A stretch of DNA of 64,000 bases, taken from the NCBI GenBank assembly GCA_964632485.1, contig CAZWDO010000001.1, positions 1 to 64,000 of the forward strand. The letters are read 5' to 3'. The position numbers were made by a program, and so were the translations under genes. The notes under the pieces are model-generated. The model was not told the origin of the DNA. It made no database searches and saw only the letters and a program-made list of their open reading frames with translations. Source of the DNA: an uncultured bacterium. GTDB taxonomy: Bacteria; JAGOEH01. Below, one piece after another: positions 33,080 to 43,829 of this stretch; positions within the stretch are counted from its first letter, which is position 1; each line of letters starts with the position of its first letter.

Positions 33080-34896
33080 TTTTCATTTCCCCGCAAATAG
33101 TTATCGATAGCTTTCGCGGCCTTATGGCCGTTAGCGATCGCGTGAATAACATCCGGCCCTTCAATAATATCACCCCCGGCGAATAGCCAGGGCAGCGATG
33201 TCCGGTACCCGCCATCGACCTGGATTCGTCCGCGGCTATCCATCGTGATTTGTTGTTTAAACGGCCCTTCAAGATAGCCTAAATCCATCCGCTGTCCGAT
33301 CGATTCCACGACCATATCCGCCTTGAAAAACTGTTTTTTGTTTATATCGAATTTCGGACTGAACCGGCCCTGGTCATCAAACACGGAAACGCAGCGCACA
33401 CAATTCAAGCCCATTATTTCACCGTTTTCGATCACAATATCCCGGGGACCCCAGCCGGGTTCCAGTTGGACGGCTTCTTCCCGGCTTTCGATGATTTCCT
33501 CACGATCGGCAGGCATGATCTCTTCGCTTTCCAGCGAAACGGTGATCACCCCGACTTTACCGAATTTTTGCTTCTGCAGACGCGCTAAGGTACGGCTGAT
33601 ATCCATCGCCACATTGCCACCGCCGATCACTATAACCTGTTCAGCCACCATTATTTCCCTGCCCATTGTGACCTCCCGCAGCAGATCGATGGCCTGGAAT
33701 ACGTGTTTGTGGTCCGCGCCCGGCACCGAAGTACTCCGGCCAAGGTGCAGACCTGTGGCAACAAACACCGCATCATATTCCTCATGCAGCAAGGAGAGAG
33801 AGCGCTCGCCAGGACCCCGCGTCTCCGTACCGCCGACAACGCGCGTGTTGGCAACAATCTCCACACCGAGACTGACAATATACTCTACGTCTTTGTCCAA
33901 TTGTTCATAGGGCAGCCGGTATTCGGGGATGCCGTAACGCATCATCCCGCCGGATTCGGGGAGCGCCTCAAAAATTGTTGCGCCATATCCGAGTTGGGCG
34001 AGATAATAAGCGGCAGAAAGCCCGGCCGGCCCCGCGCCCACAATGGCTACCCGCTTGCCGGTGGAGGGTTCCCCCGAACAAAGAATTTCCGGGTACCGTT
34101 CCCGGGGTATTTGGTCGGCAATATAACGTTTGAGCCAGCGTATGGAGAGCGCTTCACCCCGATGGGAGATTGCGCAAACGGTTTCGCATTTATGAGTGCA
34201 AATCCGGCCGCAGATTTCGGGCAGCGGATTGGTCTCATATAAAATCTTCAAGCCCGTTTCCAGATCATCTTCCCGAATGGCTTTAATATATTCCGGAATA
34301 CCCATGTGAGCGGGACAGGTGGCAACGCATAATCCGCAGGAAACGCAGCGGTCGGCTTCTTTCAGCGCCTCTTCCCGACTGTAGCCCCTGACGATTTCAA
34401 TAAATGAAGCGGCGCGTTCAGAGGGGCGCAGTTCCGTCATTACCACTCGATTCAGGGGATTCAGACTATAGCCCTCTTCCGGACGCGAATAGCCTTTTTC
34501 GTCAGAATCCCAGGATTTTTTATCGGCCCCGGGCACAAACCGGAACCGTTCCGGATCGGTTTCGATCCATTTAAATTCGTTGGACATATTCAGCGAACCC
34601 GTGGCGCAGATATCGACACACAAGGCGCACCAGCAGCAACGGCCATAATCAATGCGGGGCCGCAGGCCGCTATCACCATCACGGGTGGCCACTCCTTCCA
34701 CCGGAACCATATCAATGGCGGCATTCTGGCAAATCGACTCGCAGGTTCCGCAACCAATACATTTTTCAATATCATTTTTATGGAACCCACGATAACGTGG
34801 CGCCGCTATATTTTTCAGGGGTTCGCGGATCGTGACCGGTTCTTTGATGATATTTTTCCAAACCGAAAAAGGTTGCAGTAATTCCTGAATTTTCAT
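33076..34896 (-). CDS. MbxN/NuoI-like 2x[4Fe-4S] domain fused to a GltD-like FAD/NAD(P)H oxidoreductase
   Basis: 'RYRGFH...CIGCGTCESIC...CCWCALCVDIC'; 'EADRCVSCGLCVATCP', 'CGRIC', GAGPAG, GIPEYRLP, GGGNVAMD, FAGGD. Confidence 0.9.
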   Translation of the reverse strand: MKIQELLQPFSVWKNIIKEPVTIREPLKNIAAPRYRGFHKNDIEKCIGCGTCESICQNAAIDMVPVEGVATRDGDSGLRPRIDYGRCCWCALCVDICATGSLNMSNEFKWIETDPERFRFVPGADKKSWDSDEKGYSRPEEGYSLNPLNRVVMTELRPSERAASFIEIVRGYSREEALKEADRCVSCGLCVATCPAHMGIPEYIKAIREDDLETGLKILYETNPLPEICGRICTHKCETVCAISHRGEALSIRWLKRYIADQIPRERYPEILCSGEPSTGKRVAIVGAGPAGLSAAYYLAQLGYGATIFEALPESGGMMRYGIPEYRLPYEQLDKDVEYIVSLGVEIVANTRVVGGTETRGPGERSLSLLHEEYDAVFVATGLHLGRSTSVPGADHKHVFQAIDLLREVTMGREIMVAEQVIVIGGGNVAMDISRTLARLQKQKFGKVGVITVSLESEEIMPADREEIIESREEAVQLEPGWGPRDIVIENGEIMGLNCVRCVSVFDDQGRFSPKFDINKKQFFKADMVVESIGQRMDLGYLEGPFKQQITMDSRGRIQVDGGYRTSLPWLFAGGDIIEGPDVIHAIANGHKAAKAIDNYLRGNEK

Positions 34897-34899
34897 CGG

Positions 34900-36078
34900 C
34901 TACCTCTCAATTTCCGGGGGATAGGTATGCAGGGAGACCATCAACGCGGCGGTATCGGCGATATTGACTCCCACCGCCAGTTTTTCCATCAAGGCGATCG
35001 CGTGGGTATAGCTGGGACCACGCACATTGACCCGCCGGGGATATTCGGTGCCATCCGACACCATGTAATAACCATATTCGCCCCGAGTACATTCGCTACG
35101 CACGTAGGTTTCTCCCGCTGGAATCTTCCAGTTCAGTACGTTGGGCAAGGGCGCAATAAATTCACCGTCTTGCGGGATTTTGGCAAGTATCTGACGGATC
35201 AGGCCCACCGTCATCAACAGATCGCGACGGCGCACATCGGCCCGCGTATAAGCATCGCTATCGCTTGCGGTTACCGGCTCAAAATCCAGCCCGGCGTATT
35301 TTAAATAGGGCGTATTCCGCCGCACATCAAGCGCGACCCCCGCCGCGCGGGCATTGGGACCGGTAATACCGTAAGGCTCAATCCAGGCCGGATCGATATA
35401 ACCGAGTCCAATGGTCCGTTTTTTAAAAATAACATTATTGAACATCACTTTTTCAATATCACGCATCACGCGTTCGATTTCGTCCAGATTATCGAGCAGG
35501 CGTTCTTTAAATCCAGCGGGCAATCGGTTGCGCACGCCGCCCGGAATAATGTACATGTGATAAATGCGGCCGCCGGAAAGCTCCTCAAACCGTTCGAGAA
35601 TATAATCGCGCAGATAATAGGTCCATTGGCCGGGCGCGCCCATTCCCAAGGAACCCGCCGCGCCGCCGATCCACATGAGGTAACTGCTCAGACGGGCCAT
35701 TTCCAGCGTCAGAGTTCGCAGCCATAACGCCGGTTCCGGCACGTCGATACCCGCCAATTCCTCAACCGCGGCCGCGAAACAGTATTCATTGAAATCGGGT
35801 TCCGGCACACAAATTCGGCAGACCAAGGGAAAACACTGGATATATTTACGCCGTTCCATTAGTTTTTCGAAACCACGATGCAAATAGCCAACGTGTGTCG
35901 TACATTTCATCACTTCATCGCCCTGGATGATCAGTTCAAGCGACATATTGCCGGTGATGCCCGGATGTTGGGGCCCCTGCCAGATTTGGATAAATTTTTG
36001 ACTTTCCAGGTCAATTTCAAAAGCGCCGTCTGAACGGCGGGGTGGAAATTGGGAACGGTCTTCTTTCAAGGTCAGCAT
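34900..36078 (-). CDS. mbxL: MbxL/NuoD-like large subunit, non-[NiFe]
   Basis: GPQHP, GYLHRGFEKL, CRIC, RGE; C-terminus 'HTYPPEIER' lacks the DPCxxC Ni ligands. Confidence 0.88.
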   Translation of the reverse strand: MLTLKEDRSQFPPRRSDGAFEIDLESQKFIQIWQGPQHPGITGNMSLELIIQGDEVMKCTTHVGYLHRGFEKLMERRKYIQCFPLVCRICVPEPDFNEYCFAAAVEELAGIDVPEPALWLRTLTLEMARLSSYLMWIGGAAGSLGMGAPGQWTYYLRDYILERFEELSGGRIYHMYIIPGGVRNRLPAGFKERLLDNLDEIERVMRDIEKVMFNNVIFKKRTIGLGYIDPAWIEPYGITGPNARAAGVALDVRRNTPYLKYAGLDFEPVTASDSDAYTRADVRRRDLLMTVGLIRQILAKIPQDGEFIAPLPNVLNWKIPAGETYVRSECTRGEYGYYMVSDGTEYPRRVNVRGPSYTHAIALMEKLAVGVNIADTAALMVSLHTYPPEIER

Positions 36079-36611
36079 GTCTGATCTTCCTCTGCGTACA
36101 ATTGCTGTTTCATGTATTCCGCCGGATCATGGGTCTCCCGACCCGGTCGCGGAAAAAAGGTTTCTTCTGAATATTTCCGGGTATCGAAATCGCGGCGATA
36201 GGGCGGAATCTCATGCCAGCCTTCCAGGATGAACGATTCGTTCACCCGGGGACTATTGGGAAAATCGATTCCAAACATTTCCTTGAGTTCCCGCTGATAC
36301 GTAGCCGCGGTGTTCCATAGATCATGAACTGATTCCATCGATGCCCGGTCGCGGTCGATCATAACCCGGATACCAATATCGTGATGGGTTTGATAGCTAT
36401 GCAGAAGATAGGTCAATTGGAAGCGATTCGCTTCGATCCGATCAACCGCGGTGATCAACACCAAATGGCCGAAAAGTTCGATATCCCGCAGGTGCAGCAG
36501 TACGGACCTCAGGTGTCCAGCTTCCACATTGCAGAAGAATAGGTTTTCACGCGCCCGAGAAACCGCGCTGATGGCAAATCGTTCGCCGATTTTATTTAAA
36601 ATTTCTTCCAT
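36072..36611 (-). CDS. mbxK: MbxK/NuoC-like subunit
   Basis: 'YQRELKEMFGIDF', 'PPYRRDF'; operon position. Confidence 0.88.
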   Translation of the reverse strand: MEEILNKIGERFAISAVSRARENLFFCNVEAGHLRSVLLHLRDIELFGHLVLITAVDRIEANRFQLTYLLHSYQTHHDIGIRVMIDRDRASMESVHDLWNTAATYQRELKEMFGIDFPNSPRVNESFILEGWHEIPPYRRDFDTRKYSEETFFPRPGRETHDPAEYMKQQLYAEEDQTC

Positions 36612-36620
36612 ATCGCCTCC

Positions 36621-37262
36621 CTACCAGTTGTAATCCGGCATATCCCAGTCGCGGATAATTTTTTTCTGGTTGGCTTTATACCAGTCCAGACGGGTTATAT
36701 ATTCATTGGCGCCTTCGCCTTTGCCTTCTTTGATCAAACTTTTCAATTTTTCGAATCCCGCTAGCAGCGCTTCCGGCCGCGGCATACAACCGGCGACATA
36801 GACATCGACCGGCAGGTAATGATCGAGTCGGTTGATGGTGTTGTAGCTATCCCAGTACATTCCGCCATTGATGGTGCAACTGCCTAAGCCGAGGACGAAT
36901 TTAGGGTTCTGCATCTGTTCATAGCTGCGGATCACACGTTTCAGGGTTTTGACCGAAAGATACCCCGAAACCATGAGCAGATTGGACTGTCGTGGAGTGG
37001 GGCGCCACTGGATGCCGAATCGATAGGCATCGTAGCGCGGGGTCATCAGCGGACGCATTTCAATGGCGCCACAGCCCGTGCCGAAACCGAGAATCCAGAG
37101 GGATTCGGCCCGCGCCCAATTTAGGAATTTTTCCAATATAGCGGTCGCAGCCGGTTCGGGGTGGGGTTTTTCGGTACAGAAATAGTCGGCCAGAGGATCG
37201 ATCTCGAATGGTTCGCCGTCGGGACCGATCACATTGCGTTTTTTCAGATCGTCCATGCTCAT
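36621..37262 (-). CDS. mbxJ: MbxJ/NuoB-like Fe-S subunit
   Basis: 'WAR..SLW...GTGCGAIE', TPRQ, GSCTINGG, VAGCMPRPE. Confidence 0.9.
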   Translation of the reverse strand: MSMDDLKKRNVIGPDGEPFEIDPLADYFCTEKPHPEPAATAILEKFLNWARAESLWILGFGTGCGAIEMRPLMTPRYDAYRFGIQWRPTPRQSNLLMVSGYLSVKTLKRVIRSYEQMQNPKFVLGLGSCTINGGMYWDSYNTINRLDHYLPVDVYVAGCMPRPEALLAGFEKLKSLIKEGKGEGANEYITRLDWYKANQKKIIRDWDMPDYNW

Positions 37263-38191
37263 ATTTTAACCCTTTGAAGAATGACAGCCAAAATACCGAT
37301 CAGCGCCGGGACGCGCAGGAACCAGCGAACCGATTGATCGGTACGGAAACGGGGGAACGAGGCGCCGACAAATACCGGCCACATATACACCACAAATATT
37401 TTAATAATCAGGATCGGCCAACTGGTCGCCCCGCCAAAAAAAAGATTAATGAAAAGAACCATTTTCGCCATTGGAAAAATGGATCGGTTGGTTTGGAGCA
37501 GCGCCAGCAATGTCGAATGATATTCGGTCGGCGGGCCAATGGGAATTTCCTGGGGCGCCAATACCACATCGAAAGGGGGTCGGCCCATAGAACCCAGCAT
37601 CGCCAGCAATGCCGCCACGGTAGCGACCGGATTGGTAAAAAGCGTCCAATTAGCAATACTCCCCTGCTGAGCCGCGACTATTTTAGTAATTGAAATGGTA
37701 TCGTATTGAACGGCCAGGGAAATAATCGCTAAAAGCATGGGCACCTCAGCGGCCGTCATCTGCGCCAGACCGCGGCCGATCCCTATTGCCGAATAGGGGT
37801 GGCCACCCTCACCGGCACCCAACGCCATACCCAGCGTTCCAAAAAAAACAAAATAGCTGATCAAAATCAGGTCTCCGGATGCCGAAAAATTCTGAAAATA
37901 GAGCGAACCGAAAATTACCGGCATGAAGAGATACATACCAATCCCGCCGGAAAGCCGGAACACGGGTCCGAGATAAAACATCACGCCGTGGGTTACTGAC
38001 GACCGCATGGCATAGTTCTTCACAAGATCAATATAGGGCTGATACCAGCGGATACCGATCCGACGGCCGACCCTTGCCGTAATTTTCATGATCAGGCCCT
38101 GGATAATCAGGCCGATATTGAGAACCAGGGATACCGCCCAGAAGGCGTAAAAAATTTTTATCCATTCAAATTGCGCCATATCAGCCTCCAA
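37259..38191 (-). CDS. mbxM: MbxM/NuoH-like membrane subunit
   Basis: 'RIGIRWYQPYIDLVK', 'RPPFD', 'GPPTEY', 'PRFRTDQ'. Confidence 0.88.
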   Translation of the reverse strand: MEADMAQFEWIKIFYAFWAVSLVLNIGLIIQGLIMKITARVGRRIGIRWYQPYIDLVKNYAMRSSVTHGVMFYLGPVFRLSGGIGMYLFMPVIFGSLYFQNFSASGDLILISYFVFFGTLGMALGAGEGGHPYSAIGIGRGLAQMTAAEVPMLLAIISLAVQYDTISITKIVAAQQGSIANWTLFTNPVATVAALLAMLGSMGRPPFDVVLAPQEIPIGPPTEYHSTLLALLQTNRSIFPMAKMVLFINLFFGGATSWPILIIKIFVVYMWPVFVGASFPRFRTDQSVRWFLRVPALIGILAVILQRVKI

Positions 38192-41100
38192 TGGTCAACA
38201 GATAGGAAATAACAATGAAAAGCGCCAATTGTATCGCGTAGGTTTGCGCCGATCCCGCGAGCAGCCGCTGTAAAAATTCGGCGACAGCATGGAATGCTTC
38301 AGCGATACCATTCCAGAATGCGGTTGCGGCAGAAGTGATGAGAAACCCAATGGCTTTGCGGTAATGCGCGAAAAAATTATAGGCGAAATGGGTCAGTTCG
38401 GGACGAGATGGACGTTCCGCCGCATAGACAATATTAAATTGCTTTATTTTAACGGCCCGGCGGTTTAATATCAACAACCAGAGGAATACCGTGGAGAATA
38501 CAGCACCGGTAACAATCATGACCATTTTGCCGTCCCAATGACCCAGCGGACTGGTCGCCAGAGTACCCTGCCAAATCAGGGCATTTTCAGGAAAATAGCG
38601 AATCAAGAAATCACCCACAGGTTTGAGGACAAAGTTAGGGAGGACGCTGAAAGCCATAACCACGCCCAGCAGCAGCATCTGCGGCAGAAGCATCCAAAAC
38701 GGGGCTTCCTTCACCCGACGGTGATTATCCTTGAGCTGACCGAGAAAAATCGTAAAAATCAGTCGAAAACAATATAAAAACGCCACCAGGCCGGCAAAGC
38801 TGACTACGGCGCCCTGGAAATACCAGCCACTTAATATCATGGCGTTATAACTCAGCCATTTACCGGCAAATCCGGTCAAAGGCGGCACGCCCGAAAGGGC
38901 AATAATTCCGATTAACACCGAAATAAAACTCAACGGCATCCGGGTGATAAGTCCGCCCATTTCGTACATATTGCGGGTTTTAACGCGCATCACTACCCCA
39001 CCGACGGCCAGAAAGAGCAGCGCTTTAAAAATGAAGTGATTGAGAGCGAATGCTGTGGCGGTAAGCCAAGCGATGTGATTCATCATGGAAAGGGCAAAGA
39101 GTACATAGCCCAACTGCCCGACGCTGGAATATGCCAGCAGGCGTTTGGCATCTTCCTCAAAGACCGCCATCAAATTGCCCAGCAAGGCAGTGATAGCGCC
39201 CAGCCAGCCCAATACATAATAGAGGTCAACACCAGCCAGAAATTGCGGGCCCATGGCCAGCATAGTGATCATCAACCCGAACACGCCGGCTTTGAGTAAT
39301 ACCGCCGAGACAACCGGGGAGACATCGCTTTCCGCCTCGCTATGAGCGCCCGGCAGCCAGATATGCAGTGGCGCGGCCGCAGTTTTAGTGAGGAAGCCGA
39401 TCACCAGCAGGGTAAAAATAATCCCGGAAAGGGAGCCGGCCGAAGAAAGTGTGGTCAATGCCAACGAACCGCTGTTGTGCGCCGCCAGCAGCACGAAGCC
39501 GGATAACATACAATAGGCCCCACCGAGGGAAAACACCAGATATGCCAGGGCGTGCGGCATTGATTTCTTGCCCCGCAGGATCAAAAAATAACTGCCCAGG
39601 GTCATCAATTCCCACCACAGAAAAAACTCAAGGGTGGTTGAGGCGGTCAGTAAACCCGCCAAACCGGCATACATCAGCGCGGACGAGGAATAAAAGCCCA
39701 GCCGTTNNNNNNNNNNNNNNNNNNNNNNNNNNNNNNNNNNNNNNNNNNNNNCGGCAGCAACAGCAAGATTCCACCGCCCAGGAACACAACGGCAAAAACG
39801 ACCCTGAACTCGAAGATTAGGGGATAAATATGATAAAAATAAGCGCCCAACGCGCCAATCAATAGCAAGTTTTTAAATTTTGCCGGTAAAAATTCGAGCA
39901 TATAAAACGCCAGTACTGCGATAATTCCCGGGGCAATCTTTAAGAGCAAATCGGCAAACCCCGCCTGCAGTGGAATATAAAGCGAGAGTCCCAATAAAGC
40001 CGTAGCAGGCGTTACTAATGCCATATATTTCGTTACCGATAGTGTTGGCAAAACCTTCTTTTCTTCCATTTTCACCGCATATCCGAACCAGCGGGCCAGA
40101 TAGACGGCTTCCAGTAGTGAACCGAAAAGGATCAGGACGATCCACAACCAGCATCCTTTAGCGGCCAGAAGGGAAAGCAATGTCCATTTGGCAAAAAAAG
40201 TCGGAAATGGCGGCAAGGCTAACAACGCGAACACAAACAGGCCCATGGCAAAAATCAGCAGGGGTTTCCGGCGCAATCCGACCCAGTCGCGGATATGGCT
40301 AAACCCATTCATCTCGCTGAGCCAAAAGAGTCCGGCCTTGGCAAGGGCATGTACGACGGTCAAAGAACCGACGATAAAAAAGGTATTCCCGCCCAACTCA
40401 GGCCCCAGACCAATCACAGTGACCGCCAGTCCGGTCTGGGCAATCGACGAATAGCCCAGCATACGACCGGTGTTTTGCTGCGCCAGCGCCATGATGTTGG
40501 ATATTAGAAAGGTTGTAATCCCGATGACGGTCGCTGGTAAATACCAGAACAATCCGGCGATGGGAAGCAGTTTATAAAGGGCATAGATAGCGGCGGAAAG
40601 CCCAGCGCCTGAAATCAGCGCGGAGATACCGCCCGGCGCTGTTCCATATAAATCCACTGCCCAACCGTTAGCCGGAAAGGGTTTCAGTTCCAAAATCAAC
40701 GCCACGAAGAGTAAGAAGGCCCCAATACCCAGCGCGGCAACCTGAGGAACACTGCCCGATAAAATCGTATCGATATCCAGCACCCCGGTCTGCGTATAGA
40801 CCAAAAGGGCGCCGAGAATCAACATCACAGAAATTATACCGGTGGCCACCAGCCAGGAAAATCCGGATTTCTGCCTGTTAACTCCCGGAGAAAAAAGCAT
40901 GAATCCGGCCACAGCGATCGAACTAATCTCGATAAAAACGAAATAATTAAAAATATCCCGGGTCAGTATAATTCCATTCAACGCCAGCGCGTAAAGCAGA
41001 TATACCACGGCCACGTATCGTCCATGAAGTTTAATATAATCCCAGACAAAGGCCAATCCGCACAAGGCGAGGACATTAATTAACAGCGTTAAAAACGCTT

Positions 41101-41341
41101 CTTCGCGGCCCAGGCGCAGGGCAATGGAAAACGGGGCGTTCAAACCGGCAGTCGCGAAAAAAAACGGCTGAGAATAAACGCCGGTTAAAAAACCGATCGT
41201 CCAGGAGACAGAAAAAACGGTCATGGACGCCAGCGCCGCTAATAAAAACGCTCCGGCCGGCAGTGTCGATTTTTTCCCGCTCATCCCAATCAAAAATGCG
41301 CCAGCAAGAGCCACGGCAATTAGTGTTATCGGCATTATCAT
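38181..41341 (-). CDS. Fused double antiporter-like subunit (MbxH + MbxH'; MrpD/NuoL-like), frame interrupted by the N gap
   Basis: Two proton-antiporter modules ('FVFIEI...LKPFP..GW'; 'WWELMT...HIWLPGAH'). After the gap the frame 'RLGFYSSSALMYAG' runs into ORF 38181-39674. Confidence 0.8.
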
Positions 41342-41697
41342 AATTCATCCCCGATTTGAGAGACTGCCAGGGATCCGCTTTTTTCATATAAACGCAACAC
41401 ATAGACCAGCATCACCGCCGTGATGCCAAAACCGATCACAATGGCAGTCAACACCAGCGCCTGAGGTACGGGATCCACTACCGACAGGAGAGGGTCCCTT
41501 CCGGCAACCGCATGATCCAGAATAGGCGCTATCCGGTTTTTCATGTAACCATAACTGACAATAATAATATGCACACCAGTATCCGCCAGGCTGAATCCGA
41601 TCACCATCTTTATCAGGTTGCGGCGGGAGAGAAGACCGAAAAAGCCGATTAAAATCAAAAGAGAACCGATAACAATTCCAATTTGCGCCACAATCAC
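41338..41697 (-). CDS. mbxG: MbxG/MrpC subunit
   Basis: 'NLIKMVIG', 'DPVPQALVLTAIVIG'. Confidence 0.92.
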   Translation of the reverse strand: MIVAQIGIVIGSLLILIGFFGLLSRRNLIKMVIGFSLADTGVHIIIVSYGYMKNRIAPILDHAVAGRDPLLSVVDPVPQALVLTAIVIGFGITAVMLVYVLRLYEKSGSLAVSQIGDEL

Positions 41698-42380
41698 TCC
41701 TCTCTTTCGGCGTTTTTCATTTTCACCAGCATGGAAGAAAGTTCCGCGCCGACTTTCATGCCAATTAAAACGGAAACCAGGGGAATGGCGCCAGCGGAAA
41801 TTAGATTGCCTGGAACACCCAGTCCGGCGAAGGTCGTATCCAGAAATCCACCGGCTAAAATAAGGCCGGCCAATCCGACCACCACATAGGCCAGGCCGGA
41901 GAAGGATTCAATCCTGGAAAACAGCGATAGAGATCCGTCCTTTTCAGGATTGGCAAGAGTGATCAGCAACAGCCCTGATGCTAAAACGGCACCGCTCTGG
42001 AATCCGCCTCCCGGGGTCAAATGGCCGTTCATGGCGATATAAACGCCCAGCAATATAATAAATGGCAATAGAAGACTGGAAGCCGTTTTCAAAATTTCAC
42101 TGGATGGTTTACCGCTATAACACCGCCGACGTTTCAAGAAAAAACCCAAAATGGAGGCGGTCAGGAAAAGTACCGTCACCTCGCCCAGGGTATCAAGTCC
42201 CCGGTACGTAACAACAACCGCAGTGACTATGTTTTGCGCCCCGAGTTCCGACAACTCCCTCGAAGCATAGCGCTCAGCGGCGACACCCAGACCTGTCGGC
42301 TCCCGATATTCGATGTAATTGCGCGTCAGAATAAAGCTAAACCCGGCCAGCAGTATTATAATGAATATATTTCTAATCAT
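41694..42380 (-). CDS. mbxF: MbxF/MrpB subunit
   Basis: 'NIVTAVVVTYRGLDTLGE', 'GHLTPGGGFQ'. Confidence 0.9.
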   Translation of the reverse strand: MIRNIFIIILLAGFSFILTRNYIEYREPTGLGVAAERYASRELSELGAQNIVTAVVVTYRGLDTLGEVTVLFLTASILGFFLKRRRCYSGKPSSEILKTASSLLLPFIILLGVYIAMNGHLTPGGGFQSGAVLASGLLLITLANPEKDGSLSLFSRIESFSGLAYVVVGLAGLILAGGFLDTTFAGLGVPGNLISAGAIPLVSVLIGMKVGAELSSMLVKMKNAEREE

Positions 42381-42621
42381 GGTCTTTTCCTTTGATCCGG
42401 CTGAGAATATAGAAAAAAATAACGGTAGTGAGACCGCTGCCGATAGCCGCTTCGGTCATGGCGACATCCGGCGCTGCTAATATCAGATATAAAATACTGG
42501 CAAGCAGACTGACAGCGCCCGCAGCCATTACCGCCGAAGGAAGATTATTATTGAAAATAGCAAAAACGGCCGCGCCGACCATGAGTACGCCTAAAATAAC
42601 CACAGCGATAAACAGTATCAT
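42373..42621 (-). CDS. mbxD: MbxD (DUF4040/MbhD-like) subunit
   Basis: 'APDVAMTEAAIG'. Confidence 0.9.
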   Translation of the reverse strand: MILFIAVVILGVLMVGAAVFAIFNNNLPSAVMAAGAVSLLASILYLILAAPDVAMTEAAIGSGLTTVIFFYILSRIKGKDHD

Positions 42622-42956
42622 GTTTTCTCCTCTTCCCCTGTCTGATGCCGCAGATCATCCCGCTCCATTTTTTTAGTATAAAAGGACGAAGCATGCGCAG
42701 CACGCGCTAAAACATGGCTGGAAACCGGATTCGTCAACAAAATGAAACCCGCGATAACGGCGAGCTTCGCCCACCAATCGGGATGCAAACAGGCGATACC
42801 GATCAGTGAGAGCATAGTTCCCAGCGTAGTGGCTTTGGTCCCCGCCTGGATGCGGTTGAAAAAATCGGGCATACGCAGTAAACCCAACGCCCCGAGAAAC
42901 AAAAAAAAGGCGCCTCCTAACAGAAGAAAACTGCCGATCAGGGATAAAATGGCCAT
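42618..42956 (-). CDS. mbxC: MbxC/MrpG subunit
   Basis: 'RMPDFFNR.QAGTKATTLG', 'TNPVSSHVLARAA'. Confidence 0.92.
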   Translation of the reverse strand: MAILSLIGSFLLLGGAFFLFLGALGLLRMPDFFNRIQAGTKATTLGTMLSLIGIACLHPDWWAKLAVIAGFILLTNPVSSHVLARAAHASSFYTKKMERDDLRHQTGEEEKT

Positions 42957-43216
42957 TAGAGTCCCCTTTCTATAAATCGACCCACCACGACAACTCCTAA
43001 AAAGGCCAAAAAGGCATAAATCAGCGCTGTATCAAGGTAGATAACGCGTTCTGCCCAATGGGCCACTAAGCCGATAGCGGAAATAGCGATGATACCCATC
43101 ACATCAAAAGCGACGACACGGTTGACCAGGCCCGGCCCTTTGATAAAGCGGATAAACGCCATCAGCAGGGCTAACGCGATGAAAATAGCGGCTGAAATGA
43201 TCACGATATCAACCAT
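42956..43216 (-). CDS. mbxB: MbxB/MrpF subunit
   Basis: 'RFIKGP..VNRVVAFD', 'YLDTAL'. Confidence 0.9.
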   Translation of the reverse strand: MVDIVIISAAIFIALALLMAFIRFIKGPGLVNRVVAFDVMGIIAISAIGLVAHWAERVIYLDTALIYAFLAFLGVVVVGRFIERGL

Positions 43217-43703
43217 AAATCACCTCCAGATAGCGTTCAAATTTCGCCACAATAGCTTGAGTTGCGCCCTCCATATCCCCGGCCTTTACATCGATCCAAT
43301 GAATGAACAACCGGTCGCCGGTCATTTCTACCGTCAAGGTTCCCGGAGTCAGCGTGATGGAACTGCTTAGTATCAGTCTTCCCAGTGGTGAGGTGAGCTT
43401 GGTGCGAACTTCCACAATGCCGGGATTGATGGGCAAAGAGGGCGAAAGAACCCGCCAGGCCACATCCATATTCGATTTTACCAGTTCAATGATAAAAACG
43501 CTGACAAAGCCGATCAGCGCAATAAATGCGCGGGGCGTCAACCGGAGCGTCTTAAAATCGAGCGCATATCGGTTCAGCGCCACACTTAATAATAATGAAA
43601 CAAAGAGTCCGGAAATTACAATTTGCGCCTCCAGTGAATTATTGAGGATCAGCCACATCCCCCACAGCATTAGCGCAAGAAACGATACGCCTTTAATTTT
43701 CAT
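43209..43703 (-). CDS. mbxA: MbxA/MrpE subunit
   Basis: 'SNMDVA..VL.P...INPGIV', 'ITLTPGTLT', 'IHWI'. Confidence 0.92.
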   Translation of the reverse strand: MKIKGVSFLALMLWGMWLILNNSLEAQIVISGLFVSLLLSVALNRYALDFKTLRLTPRAFIALIGFVSVFIIELVKSNMDVAWRVLSPSLPINPGIVEVRTKLTSPLGRLILSSSITLTPGTLTVEMTGDRLFIHWIDVKAGDMEGATQAIVAKFERYLEVIYG

Positions 43704-43800
43704 GACACCGCCTTGGTTTTCGACATCCGTGTCCCTCGAATCCAGTGAAGAGCAGTGCGCGGATGATCGTTATAATTAACGGTTTTTTATCCATAAACTA

Positions 43801-43829
43801 ATAATAAACTATTTTTAAAACCGTGTCAA
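43801..43829 (-). promoter_or_regulatory. Promoter of the mbx operon
   Basis: Minus strand TTGACA-N17-TATTAT. Confidence 0.65.

Noticed and set aside
33076-34896. Glutamate synthase small subunit gltD
   Set aside because: No gltB nearby, and the domain is fused to a NuoI-like module inside the mbx operon.
34900-36078. Group 4 [NiFe]-hydrogenase large subunit
   Set aside because: The C-terminal CxxC is missing and there are no maturation genes; Mbx/NuoD-like instead.
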